Counted from the stretch's first letter, positions 1 through 12,398 are shown. The stretch is DNA of 64,000 nt from Camelus ferus (GCF_009834535.1 NC_045696.1:115260001-115324000), one strand, 5' to 3'. Notes: generated from the letters alone by a model not told the origin. Program-made: numbers and translations.

Positions 1-104
1 GCCTCTGAAATTTTGGGCCAGTGAGTTTAAACCCTATATACTTCATAGCGCTGGGCATCTGCCAGGAGCTCTGAGCTCCTCCGATTTGGGGTTTCATTCT
101 AGGT

Positions 105-225
105 ATGTACTTGGCCAATGTGTTTAACCTTCCCCAGCTATGATTTCCTCATCTGTAAGAGAATTATCTCATTTGTCTCATAGGCTGTTCTGAAAATTAA
201 ATGGAGATAAAATGTGGAAAGTATC
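105..225 (+). mobile_element. MIR SINE fragment
   Basis: TTTAACCT...TTTCCTCATCTGTAA...CTCATAGGCTGTT..GAAAATTAAATG resembles the MIR core. Confidence 0.65.
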
Positions 226-284
226 TGATCAATAGTGATTTTAAAATAAAATCAAATAAAATAGAAGCTTTGAGAAATCTAATA

Positions 285-1035
285 TTATGGAAAACAGTAT
301 GGAGATTCCTTAAAAAACTAAAAATAGAGTTAACATATGACCCAGCAATCCCACTTCTGAGCATATATCTGGAGGAAACTCTTAATTCAAAAAGATACAT
401 GCACCCCAATGTTCATGGCAACACTATTTACAATAGCCAAGATGTGGAAGCAACCTAAATGTCCATCAACAGATGAGTAGACAAAAAAGATGTGGTGTGT
501 GTGTATGTGTGTGTATATATATATTTGTGTACACACACACACACACACACACAGACACACACAATGGAATACTACTCAGCCATAAAAAAGAATAATGCCA
601 TTTGCAGCAACATGGACCTGGAGATTGTCATACTAAGTGAAGTAAGCCATGAAGAGAAAGAAAAATACCATATGTTATCACTCATATGTGGAATCTAACA
701 AAATGAGACAAATGAACTTATTTACAAAACAGAAACAGATTCACAGACATAGAAAAACAAACTTATGGTTACCAGGGGGGAAATGAGGGGCAGGGATAAA
801 TTGGGAGTTCAGGATTGTTAAATGTTAACTACTATGTATAAAATATGTATAAAATAGGTAAACAGCAAAGTCCTACTGTATAGCACAGGGAACTATATTC
901 AATACCTTGTAATGGCCTGTAATAAAAAAGACTATGAAAAGGAATATATATATATATATATATATAAACTGAATCACTATGCTACATGCCAGAAATTAAT
1001 ACAACATTGTAAACTGACTATACTTCAACAGTAAA
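285..1035 (+). mobile_element. 5'-truncated L1 LINE (ORF2 C-terminus + 3' UTR)
   Basis: Translates as KTVWRFLKKLKIELTYDPAIPLLSIY (L1 ORF2 C-terminal motif); typical 3' UTR; candidate TSD AGAAATCT at 273-280 and 1036-1043; internal (AC)n and (TA)n tracts. Confidence 0.92.
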
Positions 1036-1090
1036 AGAAATCTGAAAAGAGAGAGGGCTTGACAACCTTAGATCATTTCGACTACATTGG

Positions 1091-1283
1091 CTGCACTGTC
1101 AGTCAGGACTTTATATGATGATTGAAATGTTTTATTGTTGTCCATTATGGTGGCCACTCACCACCGGTGACTGCTGAACCCAGGAAATGTGACTAGTGAG
1201 ATCACGGAACTGAAGTTTTAGTTTTCATTAATTTAAATTTAAGTAGGCACATTTAACTAGTCTGTGTAGTATTGGACAGTCTG
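1091..1283 (+). mobile_element. MER3-like hAT-Charlie DNA transposon
   Basis: TGATGATTGAAATGTT...TGTCCATTATGGTGGCCACT...GAAATGTGACTAGTG...GGAACTGAA...AATTTAAATTTAA...GTATTGGACAG follows the MER3 consensus as recalled. Confidence 0.8.
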
Positions 1284-4200
1284 AAAATAGAGGCTCTATG
1301 ACTTTTTGGTGTCTCAATCATCAAAATGGACAAAAATCAACTCAACACTTTGCTATTTGCCGAGGGCTGAATTTGGGGCCAAGTCAAGATTCTTTCTCCT
1401 AATGTAGTCAAGTAACATTGTTCTCTTAAATTGTTCAAACCTAGTGAATATGTGTGTGTTTCTACAGCCGTCAGTGAAGGAAGAGAAAAATGTTGCTAAG
1501 TATTCTTGTTTAAGAGGACTAGCTTCGGAACAGGATTCAGCGGATGACTTTGTCCCCGAAGTCCTGAACGCTTTCCCATAGCTGGCTTGGAAACTCTCCA
1601 TCTGAGCCTGCCCTTACAGAATCCTCATGTGTGCTTCTTCCTACCTCCTTAAAAGGGTCATTTCCTACTCTTGACTGTCACCAGAAGGGGCAAAAACAAG
1701 TAATATGCCTGCCTGTGTAAGAATAAGAACCTTGGGGAGACTGAGGGCGTGCCCTGAATTCGGACTCATTAGGAAATGATTTTTTTGCTTCTTGTTTATA
1801 AAGCTGATTAGATTATATACTTACTTCATTTTACTCTTGGGGTCTACCCTTAAAATAATTTTTTCTAAAAATCAATTTTGTCCTCTCTTATTACATTGTA
1901 GTTTTTATCTTACTCATCCTGAAAACTGGATCAAAGAAAGTCTTGGAGAGATAGGCAAAGAGGTACATTATGAAATAGTCATGGGTGAACAAATGCCTAC
2001 AAAGTTGAAGTTTTTAAGGAATCTTCATCCTTCCTTTCAAAGGCTACGTATCTGGAGGTGGGAGTCTGGAGGGTTTGGCAGGTCACTCTAAAAGAGAAGG
2101 AAATTTGTACCTTTACTTTTTATTGACTCCACACTTGGCTTCAGCTCAGAAATAGGAAAACTGTCTGGAGACTGCCAGAGTGACCCTAGTTGGAATAAGG
2201 CGATCTTCCCTCACTTTCCATGACTCAGGCTGCAGCTGGCTCCTGGTTCTCCTGGAATACTCGGCACTGAAGCTGCATTGCTGCCTGGGCTGGGTCTTCC
2301 GAGGCTGGTGGGTATGATGGTCTCCTTCCCGAGTTCTGGGTAGGGAGGGCCTCAGGGTGTCTCTGGAATGATGCTAAGCCAACATCTTCCTAGCTGCTCG
2401 GATTTCCATCCATCTGCCTCTTGCCAGCAGTCATTATGAGGCCTCAGAGGATGTCTATTTCCCAGATTTCTGTGATTTTAAAATAAGCTAAATCTTTTCC
2501 AATTCCGGTAATGTATCTTTCTCATCTTTTATATGTATCTGTCCAATTAGTAGCATTGTCGTTTTTATGGCAGTGCTTTCTGAAAAGAAAAAGAAAGAAG
2601 TACTTCCTTCAGTGTCAATTTTGAATATCGGACTGATTTTGTAGGTCACCCAGATATAAAGCAGATACATGGCAGGGTAAGCCTCCGTACGAGGGAAAGC
2701 TGCATTTGTTTTAAGGTTTGTGGCCAACTCGGGAAGCTCCAAAGGCAGCCCAAACTGTAATTTCCAAATCTGTGTTGTGACGGCAATAAAAGACAATTTT
2801 ACGAACAGAGGCATCTCTTAAAATAGTGCTTTGGGTTTTCATAAAATAAATCACGTTGATTGGCTGCACGTGAAGTGGGAATAAGACACCAAACCGAGTA
2901 TTTTAACGTGTCTGGTGCCCTCCTGACAAAATGCATGGTTCAGTCCATTTGTGTCTCTGAAAAGAGAAAAAACAAATGAAAGAACAAACAAACCACCATG
3001 AAGCACCTTAGGGCTCTCCCTCCCTCTTCTCAGTGCACCCTGATGATCTGAACATATTTCAGCTTTTCACAGCACACCCATCAACCTGCCAAGTTCAATA
3101 CTAGTTTTTGTCAAAGTTGTGCTCCTTTACTTTGGCAAGGAAGAGAATCGGCAGCTCAGACGGTCATGACACACCAAATGGAGAAGAATGGTTTAAAACT
3201 AGTATCATTGGGCCATGTGTTAGAAAAAAGAGGCAAAGCAAGACGCTGTGGGACTTGCAACCATACCATCTACTGAATTGATAGTTTAAGGATCGTGTGC
3301 GAAGTCATGCTTTTCTTGAGATTTGTTATTAATGTGTAATACACAAGCATTGTTTGGGCAAAACACTATTCTCTGATCTGCGGTAAAATACTAGGAACTT
3401 GTCTTTGTTAAACAGATTCTAGGCCCTTCGGACTATGCGTAATTTCCTGACCTCACATTATTTGTCAGAATCCTTATCATAACCGAGTAGACTGCGTGCT
3501 GTTTCGTGTTTATGTGCAGACGAGGAAGTGGAGCCCAAGTCACATAGCCAATGAAGACCGGAGCTCTGATGTGAAGGAGATGTCAAATCTCAGCCTATGT
3601 TCCCAAACACAAGCTGTATACTGCCTCTATTAAAAAAAAAAAAAAAAAAAAAAAGGTACTTCTAGCTAAGAACATTATTTGATCATTACTTTGTTTCAGT
3701 GGCAAGTTGGAAACGAAAGGCTAATAAACATTTTCCTTTTCATTTGGGGGCAAGATTTTTGAATTGTTATTTCCCTTTACCATTACATTTTGCTTGGAGC
3801 AGCCACGTAAATCATTGTGAAAGAACAGATGAATTAGTTTAAAGACGTGAGTCTTAGTTAAAATGAGCCTACGCTGTAGAAGCATTATGGCCATCACCGC
3901 GTAGTGAGAATTAGGCAAAACACAACATTTATTTTACATTAAAAAGCAAAATCATCATTATGTCCAAGAGAGATGTAACACAAGCCCCCTTGAGCTATGC
4001 AGATGGGCTGAATTCAGCACAGAATTAAGTTGACTGTATATATGTATATGTAGATGTATTTTTAAAAAAACAAAACAACAAACAAAACGGGATGCCCCAC
4101 AGAGCTGATGCTGGGCAAATTCTGTTTGATGGGGCTTCTGTCTGTAAAACAAGTTGATGACAAAATGTTACAAAATTCATGGACCTGTATGAGGTATAGC

Positions 4201-5483
4201 GATCTTCTGAAGAAAAACTAAGAATGAGTGGAAAAGAGCTACTTACCTATTTTATTCATTGTCCAGTAAGTGCAGATGAAGAATCTTTGTAGCGTCCAGA
4301 CGCCATCATGTCCAGTTCTTTAATGGACATCATGTCCATTCCTGATTGATTTCATATCTGCCGCTCAACAAAGCAATAGCCCTTAAACTAATAATGTTTG
4401 GGAAAAGCTTTTTCTTTTTTCTGCTTCTGCTTTTGCACAGCCCAGGGTGGGAGGCGAGAGGACAGTGAGGGGCTAGAACAGCCCAGGTAGTCACCTGGGA
4501 AGGTGGTGGAGGCTGAAGTGGGGCTGGGTGGCCTTCCTGGGTGGCACCTGATCTCCTGTGTGCAGGGCAGCAGGAGTGACCCAGGTCACCCTCTTGGACT
4601 GCGCAGCCACAGGCGACCAGGGGATGTCAGAGGCTGGCTCCTGCCCTAGTCTAAAGGGTCACATGGATTCTGGCCCTGGCCCAGAGAGTCTGATCTCCTG
4701 AGCCTGCAATGGCCATCCAGCTGTCTCCTGATAACTACATAGACAGACTGAATTAACAGAGAAGTAACTCACATTTACAAACACTTTTCTGTCTGTAATC
4801 TCACATGAAGCCCTGAACATCCTAATACCTCCTTAGAAGAAAGTAAGGGCATGTTACCTCCTTTGGATGGATAGAAAATCCAACTTCAAGAGTTTTTTGT
4901 CCTAGTGAGACACGAAGTTCCAATTTCAACCTTGACCTTTTCACTCAAAGTTTAGGATTAAATTTCTTCCCTCACTTGACTTCTTAAAAATGTGCCTTTC
5001 CTCTGTTTTGTGAGGGTCAGTATGACCCTAACTGACAAACGCAAGCCCTGCCAGTCTGAGACGTTAACAAAGAAATGATCTCTCGGATTAATGTTAACTG
5101 TTTGTTGTCAAGGCAGGTTTGGGATGTTAAAAATTAGAGGGCAGATTCTCTTGACCTTGGTTTCTTTTTAAAGTGCTTTTTTTTTTTTTTGATGCCTTCC
5201 TCCTTAATCACTTTTCTGCTATGAAAATGATCCATCTTATATCCATGACAAAGCCTAAGGGAGACTTCATTGCATCAGAGTCTCAATTTGTGAGCAATAA
5301 AAAACTAGTGGAAACTCAGGGTCTCCCATGAAAGAAAGTGCATCATTTATTAGCAAATTGAGTCTCTTCTGAACTGTAAAGCAGCAAAGCACATATTTCT
5401 GGCGAAGGAAATAAAAGAAAAAAAAAAGAATTAAAATTCAGAAGAGTAAAGATGCATCTCTCCTTGTGCACGAAGGACCAAAC

Positions 5484-5486
<3 letters not shown>

Positions 5487-5515
<29 letters not shown>
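5487..5515. repeat. (AC)n microsatellite
   Basis: Direct observation. Confidence 0.95.
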
Positions 5516-5518
<3 letters not shown>

Positions 5519-6372
5519 CAATAAAGGGTTGGAAGGGACACTTTAAATTAATCCAAGAACAGAAGACATAAAATTAGTAATCAGCTGGGAGCTTTTTGTG
5601 ATGAGAGCAGCAAATATGCTTGAGTATCTTGGAGGATAACGATGGTACGTTCATCTTCCACCCGCAGCTAATTTAATTCTCCCGTTTTACAGCTCTGGGG
5701 TCTCTGTTCTCACGTTATTAGCTAGAGTCGACATTTCCCACGGAAAGGTCGTCCTTAGTGGTGATCGTTTGCTGCTGTGTAAAACAAACAACTTTACACA
5801 CACACGCATTTTTTAAAAACTGATGACAGGGCAAATCGACATTTTCTTGCTCACTGCCTTCACCGCATTGTGAATACTTTGCACTGTCATTTCTGGTAGC
5901 CACTGCTCCACCTGCCTTTAATAACTCCACTTAAGCTTTACCATAGCTGCTCCTCAGGTATCTTTTATTTTTTTTTCCCCACCACAAACTATTCTTTACA
6001 GAAGAATGTTAATTAGTAACTGATAGATATAAAGATTGCCAGAGACAGCCCATTAATTCCATTTACTTTAATAGGACTTAGAACTTAGCTTGCAGTACAG
6101 CTGTATTCAGACTGGATTATAAATGTAATTTTTTGCATCATTAACTTCCTTGATTAATCTTAGACAGCAGATGCATAACTATCAGGGGAAAAAGCCACCC
6201 AGTCTTTGCAGCAAGGAGTTCCCCTTTCAAAGTTGTGCTTTTTGCAAGGCTCCTTGTTAATATCACGGTAAGTATGCAGGTTTTTAATAAGGAAATGATG
6301 GCCTTCCATTGCTTAATGGTCAACCCATGCTAGGCATTTACTGCTTCAGAAAATAAGTAATGAGTGTGTGGT

Positions 6373-6400
6373 TGTGTGTGTGTGTGTGTGTGTGCGTGTG
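6373..6400. repeat. (TG)n microsatellite
   Basis: Direct observation. Confidence 0.9.
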
Positions 6401-7455
6401 CACAGCACACCCAGGCTCTCAGACTTGCTTACCTACTGTATTTGATTTGTGATGAGTTCACCTGCAAGGATTTGCATAGTAATAACACCCATTAGTTTGC
6501 ATATATAGCTTTCCAGTTCAAGACTTGGAATCCATTGCTGGTTCTGCCTCTTGAGCCCTTCGTGGAAAACTGCTTCCTACTGTGACATTGCTGGGGTGAA
6601 GTGAGCCAGTAAACTTTGTATCACGGCCACCCGGTGTTCCTGTCGGTATGTTAATTTGGATTCAGCATATTGGGCAAAACCGGAACACACCTTCTAATCG
6701 GCTAAGGGCATTCAAATGAAAATCCGGTGGGCTGAGATGAAGACACTTTGCGTGCGATCTGTGCGATCTGATGCTCAATGACAGGCCTAGGTGCTGGAAG
6801 AAAAATGCCCCAGCAGAGGGGTAGCCTGAATCCAAGTCTGCACTCAATGACTGCTTTGAATGAGACTAATTATTGGCTTTATAGTATAAAATGGCACTTT
6901 GTTAGCACAAAGTTTCCTGCTAAGGAAAGTAGAAAAAGTCTCACCCCAATCTCACATCTATTCAGTGAAAAGAGCCGCTAAGAAGAGACTGAGGAGCTGG
7001 GGGGAGAGGAGAAGAGGTTTTAGAAATTGGCAGCAGGAAGACTCTTCTGTAATGAGTTGCGATGATTCATTTGAATAACAATCAGCCCCATTTTAGCCAT
7101 TGTTCCTCTGTTTGGAACACAAGAGGCGGGAGACTCAGTGCCCAGATCCTTTCTGGCCTCAATTGGAAATACAGAGTAGTCAGAGATCTCTGATGGCTTT
7201 TGTTTTCAAACATGAACTTTCCCATGCTGTATTCCTGTGATGTACTCTTTACTGCCTTCTAAAATAACTCCCTTACACGGAAAATCTGCGCAAATGTTTT
7301 GCTAACAGGCTCTTGAATACTTACAATGCTAATTCAGATGGGCTTTCAGACAAGTTGCAGGTATCTTTGCATCATATTTGTTGATATCATGCACTGAAGG
7401 CAGAACTTGCCTGGTACCCAGAGCAGGGTGCTGAAGTGAAATAATCACTTCCCCT

Positions 7456-7981
7456 TGTTACCAAGTCCATGCTCGTTCTGCTCGCCTCATGACAGGCCAA
7501 TAGATCAGGAGATGAGGTGTTGGGGCAAGGAATAACAACAACCTTACTCAGAAAGTCAGCAGACTGAGAAGATGGGGGACTAAAGTCCTAGAGAACCATC
7601 TACCCCCAAGTCAGATTTCAGGTTTCTTTTATACTAAAAGGGGAGGAGATGTGGTTGGTTGGTGCAAACTTCTTGATGTCGGAATCCTTTGTTCTTGCAG
7701 CTGTCCACGTAGGTCAGGTCGTGGTGTCCCTGTAAACCTCCACCAAGACAAACGTTATTCTCTGTTCTGCAACTTTTTATCTCTATATGAATGGGAGAGT
7801 GTTACAGCCTTAAAGGTCAGAGCCTTGAGAATGGGCTCTCCTGTACATTTCAGGCTCTAGGCAACATTCTTTTACAAAAGGTACAGAACCGGCATGACTG
7901 AGCCCAGGAAACAGAGCACAGGGTTAGAGCCAAAGGAACAGATCTCATGGAGTCAGATTTGTCTTTTTTCCTTCAGGTACA
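7456..7981 (-). mobile_element. ERV1-type solo LTR, related to the copy at 37045-37558
   Basis: Begins TGTTACC; first ~150 bp and the terminal ATGGAGTCAGATTTGT align by eye with 37045-37558; right boundary uncertain, no clean TSD. Confidence 0.75.
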
Positions 7982-8284
7982 ACTTGGGCAAACTGCTAGG
8001 GATTACACTTCCTAGAGTTCTGGTTGTCTCTTTATCTGAACAGTTTCCAGAATTGCCTTATTAATCAAGTTCAGAATATAGTGGGGTCTTCCCTGTCATT
8101 ACTCCATCCATAGGTCTGGGCTGAGAGCCTTAAAACTGCATCAGGTTTTGTAACCCTTATTGCCATTCTCCAATAAAGTCTCTTTTACAACGATACTGTT
8201 AATGTGATCATCAGATTTGTGTTTCATCAATGTCATTTCCAATAGATAATTATACATATGAGTTTAGAAAGGAAAGACCACAGG

Positions 8285-8760
8285 TATGACCAAGCAGAAT
8301 AGAGTCCGCTTGCTTGGGCGCAATGAAGACCAGGTAGAGAGGCAACAATCTTTGCAGAGAGAAAAAGCTTTATTGCAAGGTGGCCAAGCAAGGAGACAGG
8401 AGGCAAAGGTCAAGTCTGTCTTTCCAGTAGCAAGGCGAGGTGTATATTTATGGGTGAGGGTTTGGGAGCAGTGCACAAAGGAGAAAAGGGGTTGGTTACA
8501 ACGTTTAAGGAAGTTTATGCACAGGCGCAAGTAGGCTTCATGTCTACAGGGCTCCCATGTGCAAATTCAGGGGAGTTGGTATGAAACATGCAGTGGAATT
8601 TCTAGCTGTGAGGTCAGTCAGTCACACATTGACAAGTAAGCTTATGCTGCACAGACTCCAAGCTGCCATATTGGTTTTATCTGGTTTCAACCAGTTTTAT
8701 TTTGTTTAAGAGAAAGAGGATTTCAACAAGCTATCTTCTCATCAGTTATCCTGTAAGAGA
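8285..8760 (-). mobile_element. Probable ERV solo LTR
   Basis: AAAGCTTTATTGCAAGG (reverse AATAAA) near the left end, GCCAAGCAAGGAGACAGGAGG and GCCATATTGG motifs typical of reverse-oriented LTRs. Confidence 0.55.
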
Positions 8761-9329
8761 GGCTCAAAAATTTCTGTTACTTACTGGTGTCTTTAACCAT
8801 ATGGGACATGGCTTCACAGGTCTACCAGGATGGATCTAAATATGCACGTACTTACGTGTATGCACATACATGCTCACAGACTCATAAAGGTCGAGACCAG
8901 GAGATAGGCGTGAATTCCAAGTCTTCTTGGCTACATTTCTTACATTGGGTAGACTTACGTTCTTTTACTGATGGACTTTTTCCTCCTTTAAGATGATTAT
9001 CCTTGGTATTGTTTCCCAATGTATACTTAAAGGACCTAAAGTATATTGATTTCTGTGGTGTGATTTTTTTTATTGGTAAAGAATGTATTTTGTTCTTTAA
9101 TTAACTACAATTAAATATTATTTGATTAAAATTAAAATAACATTTAATTGTTTAATTTATTTAATTATTTAAAATGAATAATTAAAGAATACATTCATTG
9201 CTCATTTACCGTGCAATCACTGGGATATAAAGACGATTCAGATGTCAGTTGAAAGGGGATCTGGACTTTTTGACTCACCGGGTTTATCCTGAATAACATG
9301 CTCGATCTGTTTCCGAGGCTTGCCAAGGT

Positions 9330-9916
9330 TGTCTTGAAACAGCAGAAATGTATCCTCTTGTGGTTCCTGGAGGCTGGAAGTCTAAAATAGGGAATCAGCA
9401 GTATTAGCTTCTCTTGAAGGCTCAAGAGGAGAATCTCTCCTCCCCTCTCCCTAGCTCCGGCTGGCTCCCAGAATCCTTGGCCTTCCTTGGTGTGCAGGCA
9501 TCTCGCTCCAATCTCTGCTTTCACCTTCACGTGCCCTTCTCCTCCAGGTGGGAAGTCTCTCACTGCTTCTGTCTTATATGAGCTGATTTTTATTTGTTTG
9601 ATGGTAAAATGGGTTGGAGTTAAAGGACAGAGAGACATTGGTACTTTGCAAGAGTAACTATGCCCTGTTTGGTAGAGATCATTTTAGGAATGAAAGTGTT
9701 TTTTTGGCTGTGACTAGTTATTTAGTGTTTCGGGCCCACTTGGATTAGCCAGGGAAATCTTATCTCAAAATATTGAACTTCATTACATTACAAAGACCCT
9801 TTTCCCAAATAAAGTAATAACATTTACTCTCTTGCTCTATTAAAAGTAATAGTCACAGGTTTCAGCGATTAGGACGTGGTCGTATCTTTTGGGAGGCCAC
9901 CATTCACTTCAGTACA
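9330..9916 (-). mobile_element. MLT1B/C-type MaLR LTR, interrupted at ~9583-9730
   Basis: AAACAGCAGAAATGTAT...TGGAGGCTGGAAGTC...CTCCAATCTCTGC..., resuming GGGCCCAC...AAAGACCCTTTTCCCAAATAA...CACCATTCA...ACA. Confidence 0.85.
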
Positions 9917-10254
9917 GAGAGGAAAAGAAATCATGGTACCAGGAATCTAGACTTCCATTCATAAAGACAGATGTGTCATCTGTTGATTCGGAATTAAATT
10001 CCCGGAAATGGAGAACCGGAAGGGATTTTCAGGATTTGCGGAGCGCAGAAAACGTACTGGCAGCCTTCTTGGTTGCAAGCAGCTTCTTCAGGATGCAAGC
10101 AGGAGAGAAGGCCAGGCGCCTGGTTCCTGGTCCAGGTACTTTTCCTTCCGCCATGTTACTTGTCTCAGAAATCTTACCAAGGACCTTCGATCTAAGTTGC
10201 ACGTAAGAGAGATTGATAGAGATCAGAGCACCTCAGTGCCAGAAAAGGCCTTAG

Positions 10255-10500
10255 CAGTGTACTGGGCTGGCTAAGAACACTGGCTGCTGGGTTGAAGTCT
10301 GCTTCTCGCTCCCTTGCTGCTTTGACTTTGGGCAAGATTATTAACTCTGCCAGGCCTAGGGTTTCTGCATCTGTAGAGCAAAGGTTATAAAAGTACCTTT
10401 CTCTTTGGGTTGTTCTGAGGATGAAGTGAACTAGTACCTGTAAAACCCAGGGAAGTGTTTGGGCCACGAAAGCACTCTGTGACATTAGCTGTCATTAGCA
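10255..10500 (+). mobile_element. MIR SINE
   Basis: TGACTTTGGGCAAG.TTATTAAC...GTTTCTGCATCTGTA...GGGTTGTTCTGAGGAT...ATTAGCTGTCATTA. Confidence 0.8.
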
Positions 10501-11403
10501 TGTGTCTCATCCAAATACCTCTCTCTGAAGAGTTGGGAGGACCAAAGAGTTGTGCTTGCTCAAGGACACACAGCTATTTAATGACAAAGCGAGCCTCAGA
10601 CCCAACTCTCGGGGCCCTCGTCTAGTTCTTTGTACCCAGTACCCATGTTATGCTTCGAGTTCTTGCCAGAAAACTTTTCATGACGAACTCAGCTGATTGG
10701 TTTCAGCTCATAAGAGCTGAGATATCTCACTCTTTATTAAATAGAAATGAAAATTTGGTCTCTTCGGTGGCTAGAGAAGCCAGAATTCTCTATTACTCGA
10801 CACATTTAGGCTTGTAAACAGAAAAATTGTTATTGATGACACAAGTTTCAAGGGCAGAGAGGACACTGCTGAAATTCAGGCTCTTGTAAAGAAGGAAAAT
10901 ACCAGGTTTGTATTTTTAAAATAAGCAGTAGGGGCAAGAATCAATGTGTTCCAGCAATTTAGTCAGATCTGGTACCGTCTGACTTTTACTGAAGCCTTTC
11001 AAAAAATAATCGGCCAAGAGGAAGTAATAATTTGGATATTGCTGCAATAAAGAACTCTTGCAGATTCGTAAGTGATGACAATATACTATCCTTTGTATAA
11101 CACATTGAAGTTCCAGCTTCAAAGTGACCTGTTCTGGAATTTCTGTCTTATTTATCAAAAGCCTACAAATATCATGGAAAGTATTCTGTTCTACACTTTA
11201 AGACACCAGGAAAGAGTGAGCCTTACATACACACAGAGACACACACACACATTTCCAGAGCTGTTCACTGTTGTTTGTAGACATTTTAACAAACCATTTA
11301 CTAATTAAAGCAAGCAATAAGAACTAAGAAGGAATACATGAGTTTTTTTTTTAAATTTTTAAATGAGAAAACTAATTAGATTTAAAGGATTTGAGATTTG
11401 CAA

Positions 11404-11589
11404 ATAAACTACTTATTACTTATAACTTAGATGATTGATTTCTTGAATATGTGCGAGCACATTTGACTCTCCCTCATGATCGGATTACTGCATTCTGTTG
11501 ATTCTTATTTTGTGGTTGGCTTTATCCCTTTGATAACAATGTAAGTTTAAAAAGCTAAAGCACTAAACTGTTAAAGGAAATTAAAAAAA
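11404..11589 (+). pseudogene. Short L1-mediated retrocopy of an unidentified polyadenylated RNA
   Basis: Flanked by the identical 20-mer AAAGGATTTGAGATTTGCAA (11384-11403, 11590-11609); ends in an A run; TT|AAAG target site. Confidence 0.75.
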
Positions 11590-12398
11590 AAAGGATTTGA
11601 GATTTGCAAGACTAAATGTGCCCTGCTTATTGAGATCATTTTAGGAATAAAAGCATGTTTTGCTGGGACTAGTTACCTAGCAAAATAGAGGTTCCCTACC
11701 TCCCCCCAACCCTCCTCCACTCAGCTTCCTTCAGAAACCTCTCCTGCAAGGAAATTGATTTTCTGGCGGAAGGTACGGAAGGGTATCTTTAGCATCATCA
11801 GTGGAGAAGCCACTAATTTAGCCCTATCAGTGAGTCAGATGTCTGTATATTTCCAACGGTAAACAAGAATCAAGTTATTCCTTACCCTGCTTCTATCAGA
11901 TTCCTTTGCAAAAAAAAAAATTAGTATGAATTGTGGCCAACCTGAATTTGAAAATAACCTGATACTGTGTGTTCTCACTCTGCAATTGACCTTTACTTTC
12001 ATCACCTCATGCACCTTATGTGATTATTATTAGATTTCCTTTTCTTTGTTGTCTTTGATTTTATTCATTTTTTAATATTAAGGTAGTCGTAAGGTGATTT
12101 TCTTTTCTAAATTCTAATAGATTTCAGCTTATTTAAATAGAGCAAACTTGACACCTGATTATAATTTTTCTTTTCCTGTTTTCCATGCATTAATTCTATT
12201 CCTTAATTTTTCTATTCATTAATTCTGATTAGCCTTTAAAAAGTTATCTGTTCAAATTCTAAGTAAATAAAACTGCTTGGATTCTTAAAGCCAAGTTGAG
12301 ATTAGCTTGTTAGACCTTTTCCCCTCTTCCACTGAATAATGAAGTCTTTTCAAATTGGTAAGTTTTTTTTTTTCCCTCCGGTCTCCCAAGAGACACAG

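Noticed and set aside
201..698. ORFs 201-458 and 492-698 as genes
   Set aside because: They are L1 ORF2 C-terminal and 3' UTR remnants; the same applies to 22658-22888 and 25935-26360
9095..9195. Extremely AT-rich stretch as a NUMT or foreign DNA
   Set aside because: Low-complexity sequence with no recognisable mitochondrial gene or tRNA similarity
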